Shown here: piece by piece, positions 12,001 through 18,200 of the stretch
Numbering within the stretch: the stretch's first letter is position 1
Layout of the letters: the number at the start of each line of letters is the position of its first letter
DNA from: Thermoanaerobaculia bacterium
GTDB lineage: Bacteria; Acidobacteriota; Thermoanaerobaculia; Multivoradales; UBA5704
Reading direction: 5' to 3'
Assembly (NCBI GenBank): GCA_035278895.1
Contig: DATEIO010000954.1
Span: forward strand, 104 to 64,103
Length of the DNA: 64,000 nucleotides
The notes under the pieces: generated by a model
The model's database searches: none
The model's input: only the letters and a program-made list of their open reading frames with translations
Told to the model about the DNA's origin: nothing
Translations under genes and position numbers: made by a program

Positions 12001-12875
12001 GAGAGGTTCTCGCGGATCACCTCGCTTACTGGAAACGCCATCTCGCAGGTGCCTGGAAGCTGCTGGAGCTCCCGGCCGACCGTCCGCGCCCCGACCGCCT
12101 GAGCTACCGCGGTGCGTGGATCCGGCTGCCCATTGCCGCAGCCACGTCGCAGAAGATCTCGGAGCTCAGCCGGCGTCAAGGGACGACCCCGTTCATGACG
12201 CTGCTCGCCGCCTTCGACGTCCTCTTGGCGCGGCTCTCGGGCCAGGAGGATGTGGTGGTTGGAATGACGGTCGCCAACCGGACCCGCGCGGAGATCGAAA
12301 ATCTGATCGGTTTCTTCGTGAATCTGCTGCCCCTGCGCGTCGATCTCTCGGGCTCCCCTACCTTCCTCGCTCTGCTGCAGCGGGTCCGCGAAGCCTCTCT
12401 CGGCGCGCAGGCCCACCAGGACCTGCCCTTCGACAAGCTGGTCGAAGCCGTGCGTCCCGACCGGAGCGCGGGCGACGCGCCCTTGTTCCGCATCACCTTC
12501 GGCGTGCAGAACACGCCGCAGGAGACCCTGGATCTCCCGGGGCTGCAGCTCAGCGCCTTCGGCCGGCAGGAGGAGACCGTGCGCTTCGATCTCACCGTCT
12601 GGGTGTTCGAGACCGAAACGGGCTTCTCGGTCCAGTGGAGCTACAGCACCGAGCTGTTCGACGAATCGACCATCCGGCTCCTGCACGACCGGTTCGCCCA
12701 GCTCCTCGAGAGCATCGTCGAGCGGCCCGAGGCCGAGATCGAGGCTCTGGAGATGCTCTCGCCCCAGGAGCGCCAGAAGCGGGCGCGTCTTGAAACAGCG
12801 AAGAAGACCTCGCGGCACGCCAAGCTGCTTGAAGCCCAACCGAAAAAACTCCGGCTGACCCGGCCGAACCACTAA
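1..12875 (+). CDS. Non-ribosomal peptide synthetase, 5' end cut by window edge: (T)-C-A-T-E-C-A-T-E-C-A*-T-C
   Basis: The frame is open from base 3 (LRALFEGPTIAELAERV = tail of a carrier domain), so the TTG at 39 in the ORF track is not the true start. Motifs read in translation: LCL-type C (LPLSFAQQRLWF ~121; HHIASDGWS); A (YTSGSTGRPKG ~1940 and ~6520; by-eye code DLFNNALTYK in both, Ala-like); T (LGGDSILS ~3085 and ~7660); E (LTPIQHWFF ~3265 and ~7835; HHLAVDGxSWR); DCL-type C after each E (YPLSPMQEGMLFH ~4714; YPLSPIQLGMLLH ~9241); 190-aa A remnant 10560-11130; T (LGGHSLLA ~11256); terminal C (HHIVIDAWS ~11850). Stop TAA 12873-12875. Confidence 0.95.
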   Translation, partial: LRALFEGPTIAELAERVHAAFQAGSGLELPAIQPVPRDRDLPLSFAQQRLWFLWQLEPESPAYNSPKALRMRGPLDVPALERTLDEIVRRHEVLRTTFPSTDGRPVQRIDPEARPGLPVHDLSADPDREERARAAFRAEAQRPFDLAREIPIRTRLLVLGPEDHVLLLTTHHIASDGWSVAVLEREVTALYQAFSAGEPSPLPELPVQYADFAEWQREWLQGEVLERQLAYWRGQLAGTPPVLELPLDRPRPAVASPRGKRLAFAVPSALSRSLTELSQRRSVTPFMTLLAGFQVLLARSSGQSDVSVGTPIAGRRHIETEGMIGFFVNTLVMRGAVEGTRSFDELLGQVRETALQAYAHQDLPFERLVDELAPERSLQHTPLFQVMLVLQNVERDGVQIGGLELSPFAAEPGVAKLDLLLSLGEEAGVLRGELQYRTELFDRATIARLAGHLVSLLESAAAAPQSLLSDLALLAPAERHQLLTEWNDTGVLPAGPATLPALFAAQAARSPRAVAVVCGEESLTYAELDRRAGRLAQRLRAMGVGPEVRVGLCAERSLEMVVGLLGVLKAGGAYVPLDPAYPQERLAFMLEDSGAPVVLAGASVLDRLPRGTTRVMALGEEGEDGPEVWATDAELPVEPGHLAYLIYTSGSTGRPKGVAIEHRSAAALLAWAREVFSDEEIAAVFASTSICFDLSVFELFVPLTRGGRVVLGADALELPGLPAAREVTLINTVPSALSELLRMNAVPPSVRAINLAGEPLRRALVDRIAALGTGARVMNLYGPSEDTTYSTFAEVSQRTSEEPRIGRPVSGSAAYVLDRDGQPAPLGVAGELYLAGAGLARGYLGRPELTAERFVPDPFGREPGGRLYRTGDLVRQRREGDLDFLGRIDHQVKIRGFRIELGEIEAALLAQPCVREAVVLVREDRPGDRRLVAYVAGDAVEPTLLRERLGERLPAYMVPALFVQLSALPLTPNGKVDRRSLPVPEGERPELRSGFLAPGTPAEQTLAAIWSQVLGVAQIGAHDNFFELGGDSILSIQIVARANQAGLRLTPRQIFLHPTVAGLAAAAGDPESTPAAEQGLVTGPVPLTPIQHWFFDQGFHRVDHFNQAVLLEVRKPLELKVLEQAVLHLLAHHDGLRLRFVQEPSGWRQEIGDLPQQAPVLFLDLSALPEDPWKDALEREATRVQASLSLTSGPIVRCALIHLGDGEPDRLLIVVHHLAVDGVSWRVLLEDLQRACEQLAAGGEARLPAKTSSYRQWAERLESHACSAAVRDEPGFWLSEDRRRVRPLPVDDLEGAAGLAGNTAGSTVSVAVELEEDETQALLQEVPKAYRTRIDEVLLAALALASEDWTGEPLSLVDLEGHGREELGADLDVSRTVGWFTSIYPALLDTQGLRSPGELLKSIKEQVRGIPGRGLGYGLLRYAGGDPETAAALGTLPQAQVIFNYHGQIDQVLAGSSIFAPASETTGPSMDPSERRRHLLSLNGIVSAGRLRMTVRFSDRVYRPATIQALAEGFRQHLRGLIEHCLSPEAGGATPADFPLLRASQRELDLLLAAVASSRAPEGRPEIQDLYPLSPMQEGMLFHSLFEAGTTAYVCQSRYALENLDVQAFERAWDAVIARQPVLRTGFFTTGSGRPVQAVERKAHLALRAEDWRGLAADRQREGLDELARRERQEGFELTKPPLMRQVLVRVGEREHHLIWTHHHLLMDGWSVPLVLREVAAAYRAFSAGEPLELPEARPYRDYIAFLQARDPGPAEELWRRILAGFTVPTVLPVERREASASPVEERGREQVRWPATSFAGLEAFARRHQLTVHTLVQGAWALLLGRYSGSDDVVFGSVVSGRPPQLAGVESMAGLFINTLPVRVQMPPRASVLPWLQSLQAEQLALREVEHTPLVQVQRWSEVPPGTPLFDTLLVFENYPVDPRIGQGLGALQIRRVEAVEHTSYPLNLLAAASGELSLTLEHDASRFEAATICALRLHLEQLLGGLVEDPQRSLADLPMLGEAERQQILSEHQGRALEGEVAPRLHALFERQARQQPDAIAVVSGDGELRYGDLDARAERLADCLRALGVGPEVTVGVCLERSPQLLVALLGVLKAGGAYVPLDPGYPAERLAFMLKDSGAAVVLSESSVAGKLPESQAQVVRLDDAWPWAVGPMAGPPAEPGHLAYVIYTSGSTGQPKGVAIEHRSAAALLAWAQELFSDPEVSAVFASTSICFDLSIFELFVPLSRGGRVILGTDALQLPDLAAAGEVTLINTVPSAINELLRMNAVPPSVRTINLAGEPLRRALVDRIAALGTVKRVLNLYGPSEDTTYSTVADVPLDSAREPRIGRPVSGSSAFVLDRQDRLAPLGVPGELVLAGSGLARGYLGRPELTAERFVPDPFGNEPGGRLYRTGDLVRRLRDGDLEFLGRIDHQVKVRGFRIELGEIEASLLAQPGVREAVAVVREDRPGDRRLVAYFAGEAAIPDLRERLREKLPAFMVPSLFVALDALPLTPNGKVDRRALPAPESERPEPRAGFSAPGTPAEQTLAEIWAQVLGVERVGVYDDFFELGGDSILSIQIVARANQSGLRVTPRQLFEHPTVAALAAVAGTAEIPKTEQGLVTGPVPLTPIQHWFFERGFQKVDHYNQALLLEVRQPLEPAVLERAVLHLLTHHDALRLRFFRGSSGWQQESRGLPARAPFARIDLSTLAPAQRRANLEAAATCVQAGLHLATGPIVRCALFHLGSGEPDRLLIAIHHLAVDGISWRVLLEDLQGACEQLAAGGEVRLPAKTSSFRQWSEALERHARSAAVREELGFWLSGERRGVRPLPVDDPAGPVAATAGSALSVAVSLGEDETRALLQDASRAYGTRIDEVLLSALASACADWTGEPLTLIDVEGHGREDLGAGIDVSRTVGWFTTIYPVLLDIRGLWSPGALLKSVKEQVRGIPGRGLGYGLLRHSSGDPEIAAALGELPQAQILFNYLGQVDQALSGSATFGPARESAGLSMDPAESREYLLDVQGVVTGGRMHLTLRSSERVHRRETLEALAEGIWRHLQALIEHCLSPEAGGFTPSDFPLAALSQAAVDRLTADRSVEEIYPLSPIQLGMLLHALREPGSEVYCEQMSCAFRGELDRGALQAAWRGVVSRHSILRTGFVWEGLTEPLQVVHREVELPFVHQLWRDVPPELVEARFAAFLREDKQRGFDLAQAPLIRLTLIELAPGDYRFVWTTHHIVTDGWSTPVLVREMFALYEAQRQGRAADLATVRPFRGYIAWLREQSPAADERFWRQELAGITGPTPLDVDRWAPVSEETRHGEERIQLSAAVTAALVALTRRCSVTLSTVVQGALALLLGRYSGRRDVVFGATVSGRPALLAGVESIVGPFINTLPVRVRVPADGEDTASWLRGLQKHQAERQQHEHSPSVQPWSEVPLGLPLFEVLLVVENQRQEVPAGGPEAVAAAVEIREVRSEVRTRYPLNLVVLPGRELALYVPYNAARFDAGTIQRFLRHLATALESIAEAPEAPVSEIALFDRRERELVTSGGRSLEEPLRRLIAGRRSWGDEAMAAGLEALRDPRVQVLDEDGRPAPVGVSGELWVEETGEGEVKRLRTGELARFQETGEIELLGPLGQRIEIRGRRVDPQTVEPVLAEHPGVAEAAVLGIGSVAGGELWAGVVAAPGQPLDVAALRTWLESRLPKHRVPRTIVRLDDPPRTPDGVLDRRSLLATARSAAEGAGSAPGEPLQEILLGLWREVLGVEDLGVHDGFLELGGHSLLAVRLLARLREVFQVEVPLRTLFDAPSVAELAPQLAAMLALGGPREAPALVRVTDDRGRDFAPSYAQQRLWFLDQLEPDNPFYTHLFGVRLTGRLEAGTLEKALSEIVRRHEVLRTTLPAVAGQPVQRIAPPRPVRLPLTDLGGCAAEVAEQELQAWSREEALRPFDLTRGPLLRAALFRLAPDRHVIFLTLHHIVIDAWSIGLLFREMATLYQAFEAGQASPLPELTIQYADFAEWQRGWMQGEVLADHLAYWKRHLAGAWKLLELPADRPRPDRLSYRGAWIRLPIAAATSQKISELSRRQGTTPFMTLLAAFDVLLARLSGQEDVVVGMTVANRTRAEIENLIGFFVNLLPLRVDLSGSPTFLALLQRVREASLGAQAHQDLPFDKLVEAVRPDRSAGDAPLFRITFGVQNTPQETLDLPGLQLSAFGRQEETVRFDLTVWVFETETGFSVQWSYSTELFDESTIRLLHDRFAQLLESIVERPEAEIEALEMLSPQERQKRARLETAKKTSRHAKLLEAQPKKLRLTRPNH
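10560..11130 (+). other. Truncated adenylation domain remnant (A*): only A6-A10-like C-terminal part, degenerate
   Basis: Only ~190 aa lie between the C-A linker (EIALFDRRERE ~10530) and the carrier domain. The recognisable relics are GELWVEE (A6), LRTGEL (A7), GQRIEIRGRRVDPQTVE (A8), LPKHRVP (A9) and PDGVLDRR (A10). The A10 Lys is replaced by Val at 11100-11102. There is no SGSTG P-loop and no specificity pocket. Confidence 0.8.
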
Positions 12876-12886
12876 GGAGGATGTCC

Positions 12887-13939
12887 ATGAGCCAACTGAC
12901 GAGCGATTCCAGCTTCAGCCGATTCGCCGCGCGCCCGCGCAAGGCCGTGCGCCTGTCCCAGGAGGAACTGATCAAGACCCGCTTCCTGCCGGAAGCGGAC
13001 GGTCAGGAGCTGCCGCTGGTGATCGAGCCCAACGTGGAGAATCTCAATCTCACCACCTGGGCGGCCAACAACCAGGGCTTCCTGGAAGAGAAGCTCCACA
13101 CCTACGGCGCTCTCCTGTTCCGCGGCTTCGACGTCGACGGCCCCGAACAGTTCCGCGAGGTGGCGCGGGCGATCTGCCCGGACCTGCTCGACTACACCGA
13201 GCGCGCGGCGCCGCGCAACGAGGTGAAGGAGAACGTCTACACCTCGACCGAGTTCCCGCCCGACCAGCACATCCCGATGCACCACGAGATGTCCTACTCG
13301 CACAACTGGCCGACCCGGCTCCTGTTCTTCTGCGATCAACCCTCGCAGGAAGGGGGCTGCACGCCGATCACCGACGATCGAAAAGTGATCGATCTGCTGG
13401 ATCCGGAGGTCAAACAGCGCTTCCTGGAGCGGGGAGTGATGTACGTCCGCAATTACGGAGAAGGGGTCGACATGCCCTGGCAGGTGGTCTTCCAGACCGC
13501 GGACAGGGCCGGGGCCGAGGCCTACTGCCGGGACGCCCACATGGACATCGAGTGGCGCGACGGCGATCGCGTCCGCACCCGCGCCCGGCGCCAGGTGCTC
13601 GCGACCCATCCGAAGACGGGCGACACGGTCTGGTTCAACCATGCCCACCTGTTCCACATGTCCAACCTGGAGCCGGCAGTCCGCGACGCGCTGCTCGCCG
13701 AGTTTGAGCCCGACGAGCTGCCGCGCAACGCCTTCTACGGCGACGGCTCGGCGATCGAGGCGCCGGACCTGGAGCACATCCGCCGCACCTACAGCGACAA
13801 CGCCGTCCGCTTCCTTTGGCAGAAGGGGGACGTCCTTCTGGTCGACAACTTCCTGGTGTCGCACGGCCGCGATCCGTTCAAGGGACCCCGCCGGATCCTG
13901 GTCGCCATGGCGGACCTCTACACCAATCCGGATCTCTGA
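12887..13939 (+). CDS. TauD/SyrP/KtzO-like Fe(II)/2-oxoglutarate-dependent amino-acid hydroxylase
   Basis: AAGGAGG lies at 12874-12880. The track start ATG 12881 abuts it; the in-frame ATG 12887 has a 6-nt spacer and is preferred. The translation shows the TauD-family layout, with an HxE iron ligand pair (PMHHEMSY) and a distal His-Gly-Arg (FLVSHGRDPFKG). The gene starts 5-11 nt after the upstream NRPS stop, inside the NRPS operon. Confidence 0.85.
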   Translation: MSQLTSDSSFSRFAARPRKAVRLSQEELIKTRFLPEADGQELPLVIEPNVENLNLTTWAANNQGFLEEKLHTYGALLFRGFDVDGPEQFREVARAICPDLLDYTERAAPRNEVKENVYTSTEFPPDQHIPMHHEMSYSHNWPTRLLFFCDQPSQEGGCTPITDDRKVIDLLDPEVKQRFLERGVMYVRNYGEGVDMPWQVVFQTADRAGAEAYCRDAHMDIEWRDGDRVRTRARRQVLATHPKTGDTVWFNHAHLFHMSNLEPAVRDALLAEFEPDELPRNAFYGDGSAIEAPDLEHIRRTYSDNAVRFLWQKGDVLLVDNFLVSHGRDPFKGPRRILVAMADLYTNPDL

Positions 13940-13988
13940 TCCCAACGAGACCCTGATCACGAATTCGACTCCGTAGAGGGGATGGCAC

Positions 13989-15280
13989 ATGCGGCAGCAA
14001 GTCATTGAAGGTTTCCGTCTCTCTCCCCAGCAGCGGCAGCTCTGGCGGCACCGCGGCACGGCAGGAGCCCAGGTGGTGCAGTGCGCCGCCACTCTTGAGG
14101 GAGCGGATCCGGACCGTTGGGAACAGGCGCTCCGCGAGGTGGCCTGGCGGCACGAGGCCCTGCGCACCCGCTTCGAATGCCTGCCGGGCATGGAAGTGCC
14201 GATCCAGGTGATCGGCGAGGAGGTCGCGCTCCCGGTACGGCGGATCTCCGCCGGCTCCATGGCTGCCGCGGGAGTGGAGGAGGCGGTCCGGAGCTGGATG
14301 GAGCAGGAGAGGGCTCCTTTCGACCTCCGGTCCGCTCCGCCGGTCCGCTTCGCTCTGGCCTCTCTCGGCGCGGGCCGGGACCTCCTGATCCTCTCTGCTC
14401 ATGCGCTGTGCGCCGATCCCTGGAGCCTGGAGAATCTTCTCTGCGACCTCGTCCAGGCCTGCGCCGCCCCGGGCGACGGCGAGGCCTTCGACGCGGAGGC
14501 TCTGGGATACGTCCAGTTCTCCGAATGGCAGAACGAGCTGCTCGAAGACCGTGAGAACGAAGACGAGGAGGCGTCCGCCTTCTGGGCCCGGCAGACCCGG
14601 GACGACGGCGCGCCGCTCTCGCTGCCGATCGAACGGGCTCCGCACCGCCGGACCACGGCGGAGAGAGCGGCGGCCCCGGCCGTGCGCCGACGCCTGGAGG
14701 CCGCGGCCCTGGAGCGGGCGGCGGAGGCCTGCGGATCCTCGGTCACGACCCTGGTTCTAACCTGCTGGGGGCTCCTCCTGGCCCGCCTCGCGGACGTCGG
14801 GGAGATCTCGATGCAGCTCTACACCCCGGGTCGCAAGTTCCCTGAGCTCCAGGGCGCGATCGGAGCCTTCGGCCGCTATCTTCCGCTGCGCCTGCGGGGG
14901 CCGGCGGGCCGGTCGCTCAAGGCGGAGGCCGCGCGCGTCACGGAAAGGCTGCTGGAGGTCGAGAGGTGGGAGGAGCTTTTCGCCGGGCGCGCGGAATCCG
15001 GCGTGGAGAGCGGCGATCCGGCAGATTTCGGTTTCGATGCCGAGGACCGGCAGACCCTGTTCGAGGAGGGGAGCCTGCGCCTCACAGTCCTCGAGACGGA
15101 GTGGGCGAGCCAGCCTTTCCGGCTCCGCCTGTCGGTGAGCCGCTGCGCCGGTGAGCTCGAGCTGACCTTGCGGTTCGATCCGGCGCACTTCGACCGTGGG
15201 GCCGTGCACCGGCTCGCGGACAGCCTGGAGTCCCTGCTGCGGCAGGCCGCGCGCTCGCCCGAGACCGCCACGGCCGACTT
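13989..15280 (+). other. Full-length condensation-like domain lacking the catalytic His (C*)
   Basis: About 430 aa. It has a C1-like motif (LSPQQRQLW) and its own C-A linker (LDVLGEAERQQMDAWN ~15285). The C3 motif reads H-A-L-C-A-D-P, so the second (catalytic) His is Ala. Confidence 0.7.
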
Positions 15281-18200
15281 GGACGTCCTGGGCGAGGCCG
15301 AGCGGCAGCAGATGGACGCGTGGAATGCGACCGCGATCGATTTCCCGGACGAGGCGAGCCTTTCCTGGCGGTTTGCGGCCCAGGCCGAGCGTGCGCCTGA
15401 AGCGGTGGCCGTGGTGGCACCGGAAGGGCAGCTCACCTTCCGCGCTCTCAGCAAACGCGTCGACCGTCTCGCGGATCGCCTGCGCGGCCTCGGGGTCGGT
15501 CCCGAGGTGCGCGTGGCCCTCTGCCTCGACCGTTCCCTGGATCTGATCACCGGTATTCTGGGCGTGCTGGCGGCGGGCGGAGCCTACGTGCCGTTCGATC
15601 CCTGGCAGCCGGCCGAGCGCCTGGCGGCCCTGCTCGAAGACTCAGGCGCGCCGGTGGTCCTCTGCCAGAGCCGCTCGCGGGGGCGGGTGCCCTGCGGAGC
15701 CTGGCAGGTGGTCTGCCTCGATGGGGAAAGCGCACCCCTGGCGCAGGAGCCGGAGAGGTGTGCGAGCCCGGCAGCCGGACCGGAGAGCCTCGCCTACGCC
15801 ATCTACACCTCGGGCTCCACCGGCCGCCCCAAGGCGGCGTTGATCGAAAACCGGTCCGTGGCGAACCTCCTGTTGGCTCTGGAGCGCGAGATCTACTCCC
15901 GGCTTGACGGCCGCCGGCCCCTGCGGGTGACTCTCAATGCGCCGGTCTCGTTCGATGCCTCCGTCAAGCAGTGGATCCAACTGCTGCAGGGCCGGACCCT
16001 GCTGGTGGTTCCCGAGGAGGTGCGGGCGGACGGCGAAGCGTTGCTCTTGTGGCTCAACCAGAACCACGTGGACGTCCTCGACTGCACGCCGTCGCAGCTC
16101 CGCCTGCTCCTCGCCGCCGGCCTCGGCAGCGAGCCCGACCGCTTCGCGATCTACCCGCGCGCCGTGCTGGTCGGTGGCGAGGCCATCGATCCCGGCCTGT
16201 GGGCACAGCTCGCCCGCGACAAGGGGCGGCTCTTCTTCAACGTCTACGGTCCCACGGAATGCACGGTCGACACGACCGTGTGCCGGGTGGAGCCGGGGGG
16301 CACCCCTTCGATCGGCGGGGCGCTCGCCAATGTCCGGACCTACGTGGTCGACGCCGGGTGGCGCCGGACGCCGATCGGGGTTCCGGGCGAGCTCTGCATC
16401 GCCGGCGCCGGCCTGGCGCGCGGGTATGCCGGGCGCCCCGACCTGACGGCGGAGAAGTTCGTGCCCGATCCGTTCGCCCCTGAGCCGGGCGCCCGTCTCT
16501 ACCGGACCGGCGACCGCGCGCGCTTCTGCGGAGACGGCCGGCTGGAATACCTCGGGCGCGTCGACCACCAGGTCAAGATCCGTGGCTACCGGGTGGAGCT
16601 GGGGGAGATCGAAGGGGTGCTCTCGCGCCACCCGGGCGTGGCACAGACGGTGGCGGCGCTGCGCGAAGACCAGCCCGGACGCCCGCGCCTGGTGGCCTAC
16701 GTGACGCCGCGGCGGCGGCACGCGGAGAAAGTGGGGGAGGGGCAGCACGAGCTGCCGAACGGCCTCCGCGTCACCCACCAGAACCGCAACGAGACCGAGT
16801 ACCTGTACCGGGAGATCTTTGAGAGCCGGTGCTACGCCCGGCACGGAATCTTCCTGCCCGAGGACGCCTGCGTTTTCGACGTCGGTGCCAACATCGGCAT
16901 GTTCACCCTCTTCGTGCAGGGAGAGTGTACGCGGCCGCGGGTCTACGCCTTCGAGCCCCTGTCTGCGATCCACGACTGCCTGCGGGCGAACAGCCAGCGG
17001 TATGGGCTGGACGTGAAGCTCTTCCGGTTCGGCCTGTCGGATCGGGAACGGACGGAGCGGTTCACCTACTACCCCAGCTACTCGATGATGTCCGGGCAGA
17101 GTGCCTACGCTCAGCCGTCCGCCGAGATCGAGGTCATCCGGCGCTTCCTCGAAAACCAGACCGCCAGCGGCATCGCTGGCGCGGACGCCCTGCTGGCCGA
17201 GGCGGGCGACCTGCTTGCCAATCGCTTCCGGATGGAGGAGGCCGAGGTCACCTTGCGCCGTCTCTCCAACGTGATGCGGGAGCAGGGGATCGAGCACGTC
17301 GATCTGTTGAAGATCGACGTGCAGCGGGCCGAGCTGGACGTGCTCCTCGGGATCGACGACGAGGATTGGCCGCGCATCGACCAGGTCGTCCTCGAAGTCC
17401 ACGACGGGGCCGGCGAGGCGACCGAAGGACGGGTCGCTCAGATCCGCGCCCTGCTGGAGCCGCGCGGCTTCCGCGTGGTGGCCGAGCAGGACGAGCTGCT
17501 GACCGGCACCGATCGCTACAACGTCTACGCCATCCGCCAGGGCCTGGAGACCCGGGCCGCCCGCGCCTGCGAGGCTTCAGGGCTCGCCCGGTTGCGCGAG
17601 GCCGGCGCGGCGGAGCTCTCGGCCGACGGCCTTCGCGAGCACGCCCGCCGCTGGCTGCCGGACTTCATGGTCCCCTCCGATCTGGTGATCCTGGACGAGC
17701 TCCCCATCACCCCCAACGGCAAGGTCGACCGCCGCGCGCTGCCGGCGCCGGAAGAGGTGGCCGCAGCCGGGCAGCGCCAGGTCCGGGCGCCACGCACTCC
17801 GATCGAAGAGGTCCTGGTGGGGCTCTTCGCCGCAGTGCTCGGCCTCGACCGGGTCGGCGTCGACGAGAGCTTCTTCGACCTGGGGGGGCACTCCCTGATG
17901 GCCACCCAGCTCATGGCGCGGGTGCGCGAGACCTACCGGGTGGAGATGCCGCTGCGCCTCCTCTTCGAGCGCCCCACGCCGGAGCGGCTGGCCCAGAGCG
18001 TGGCGACCGCTCTGCGCGCCGGCGTCGACGTCCGGGAGTCCATCCCGCCGGTGCCGCGCGAGGGCGATCTGCCGCTCTCGTTCGCGCAGCAGCGGCTCTG
18101 GTTCGTCCAGCAGTTGGAGCCGGACGCCACGATGTACAACAGCATCAAGGCGCTCCGCGCCCGGGGGGAGCTCGACGTCGCGGCCCTGGAGGCCACCTTC

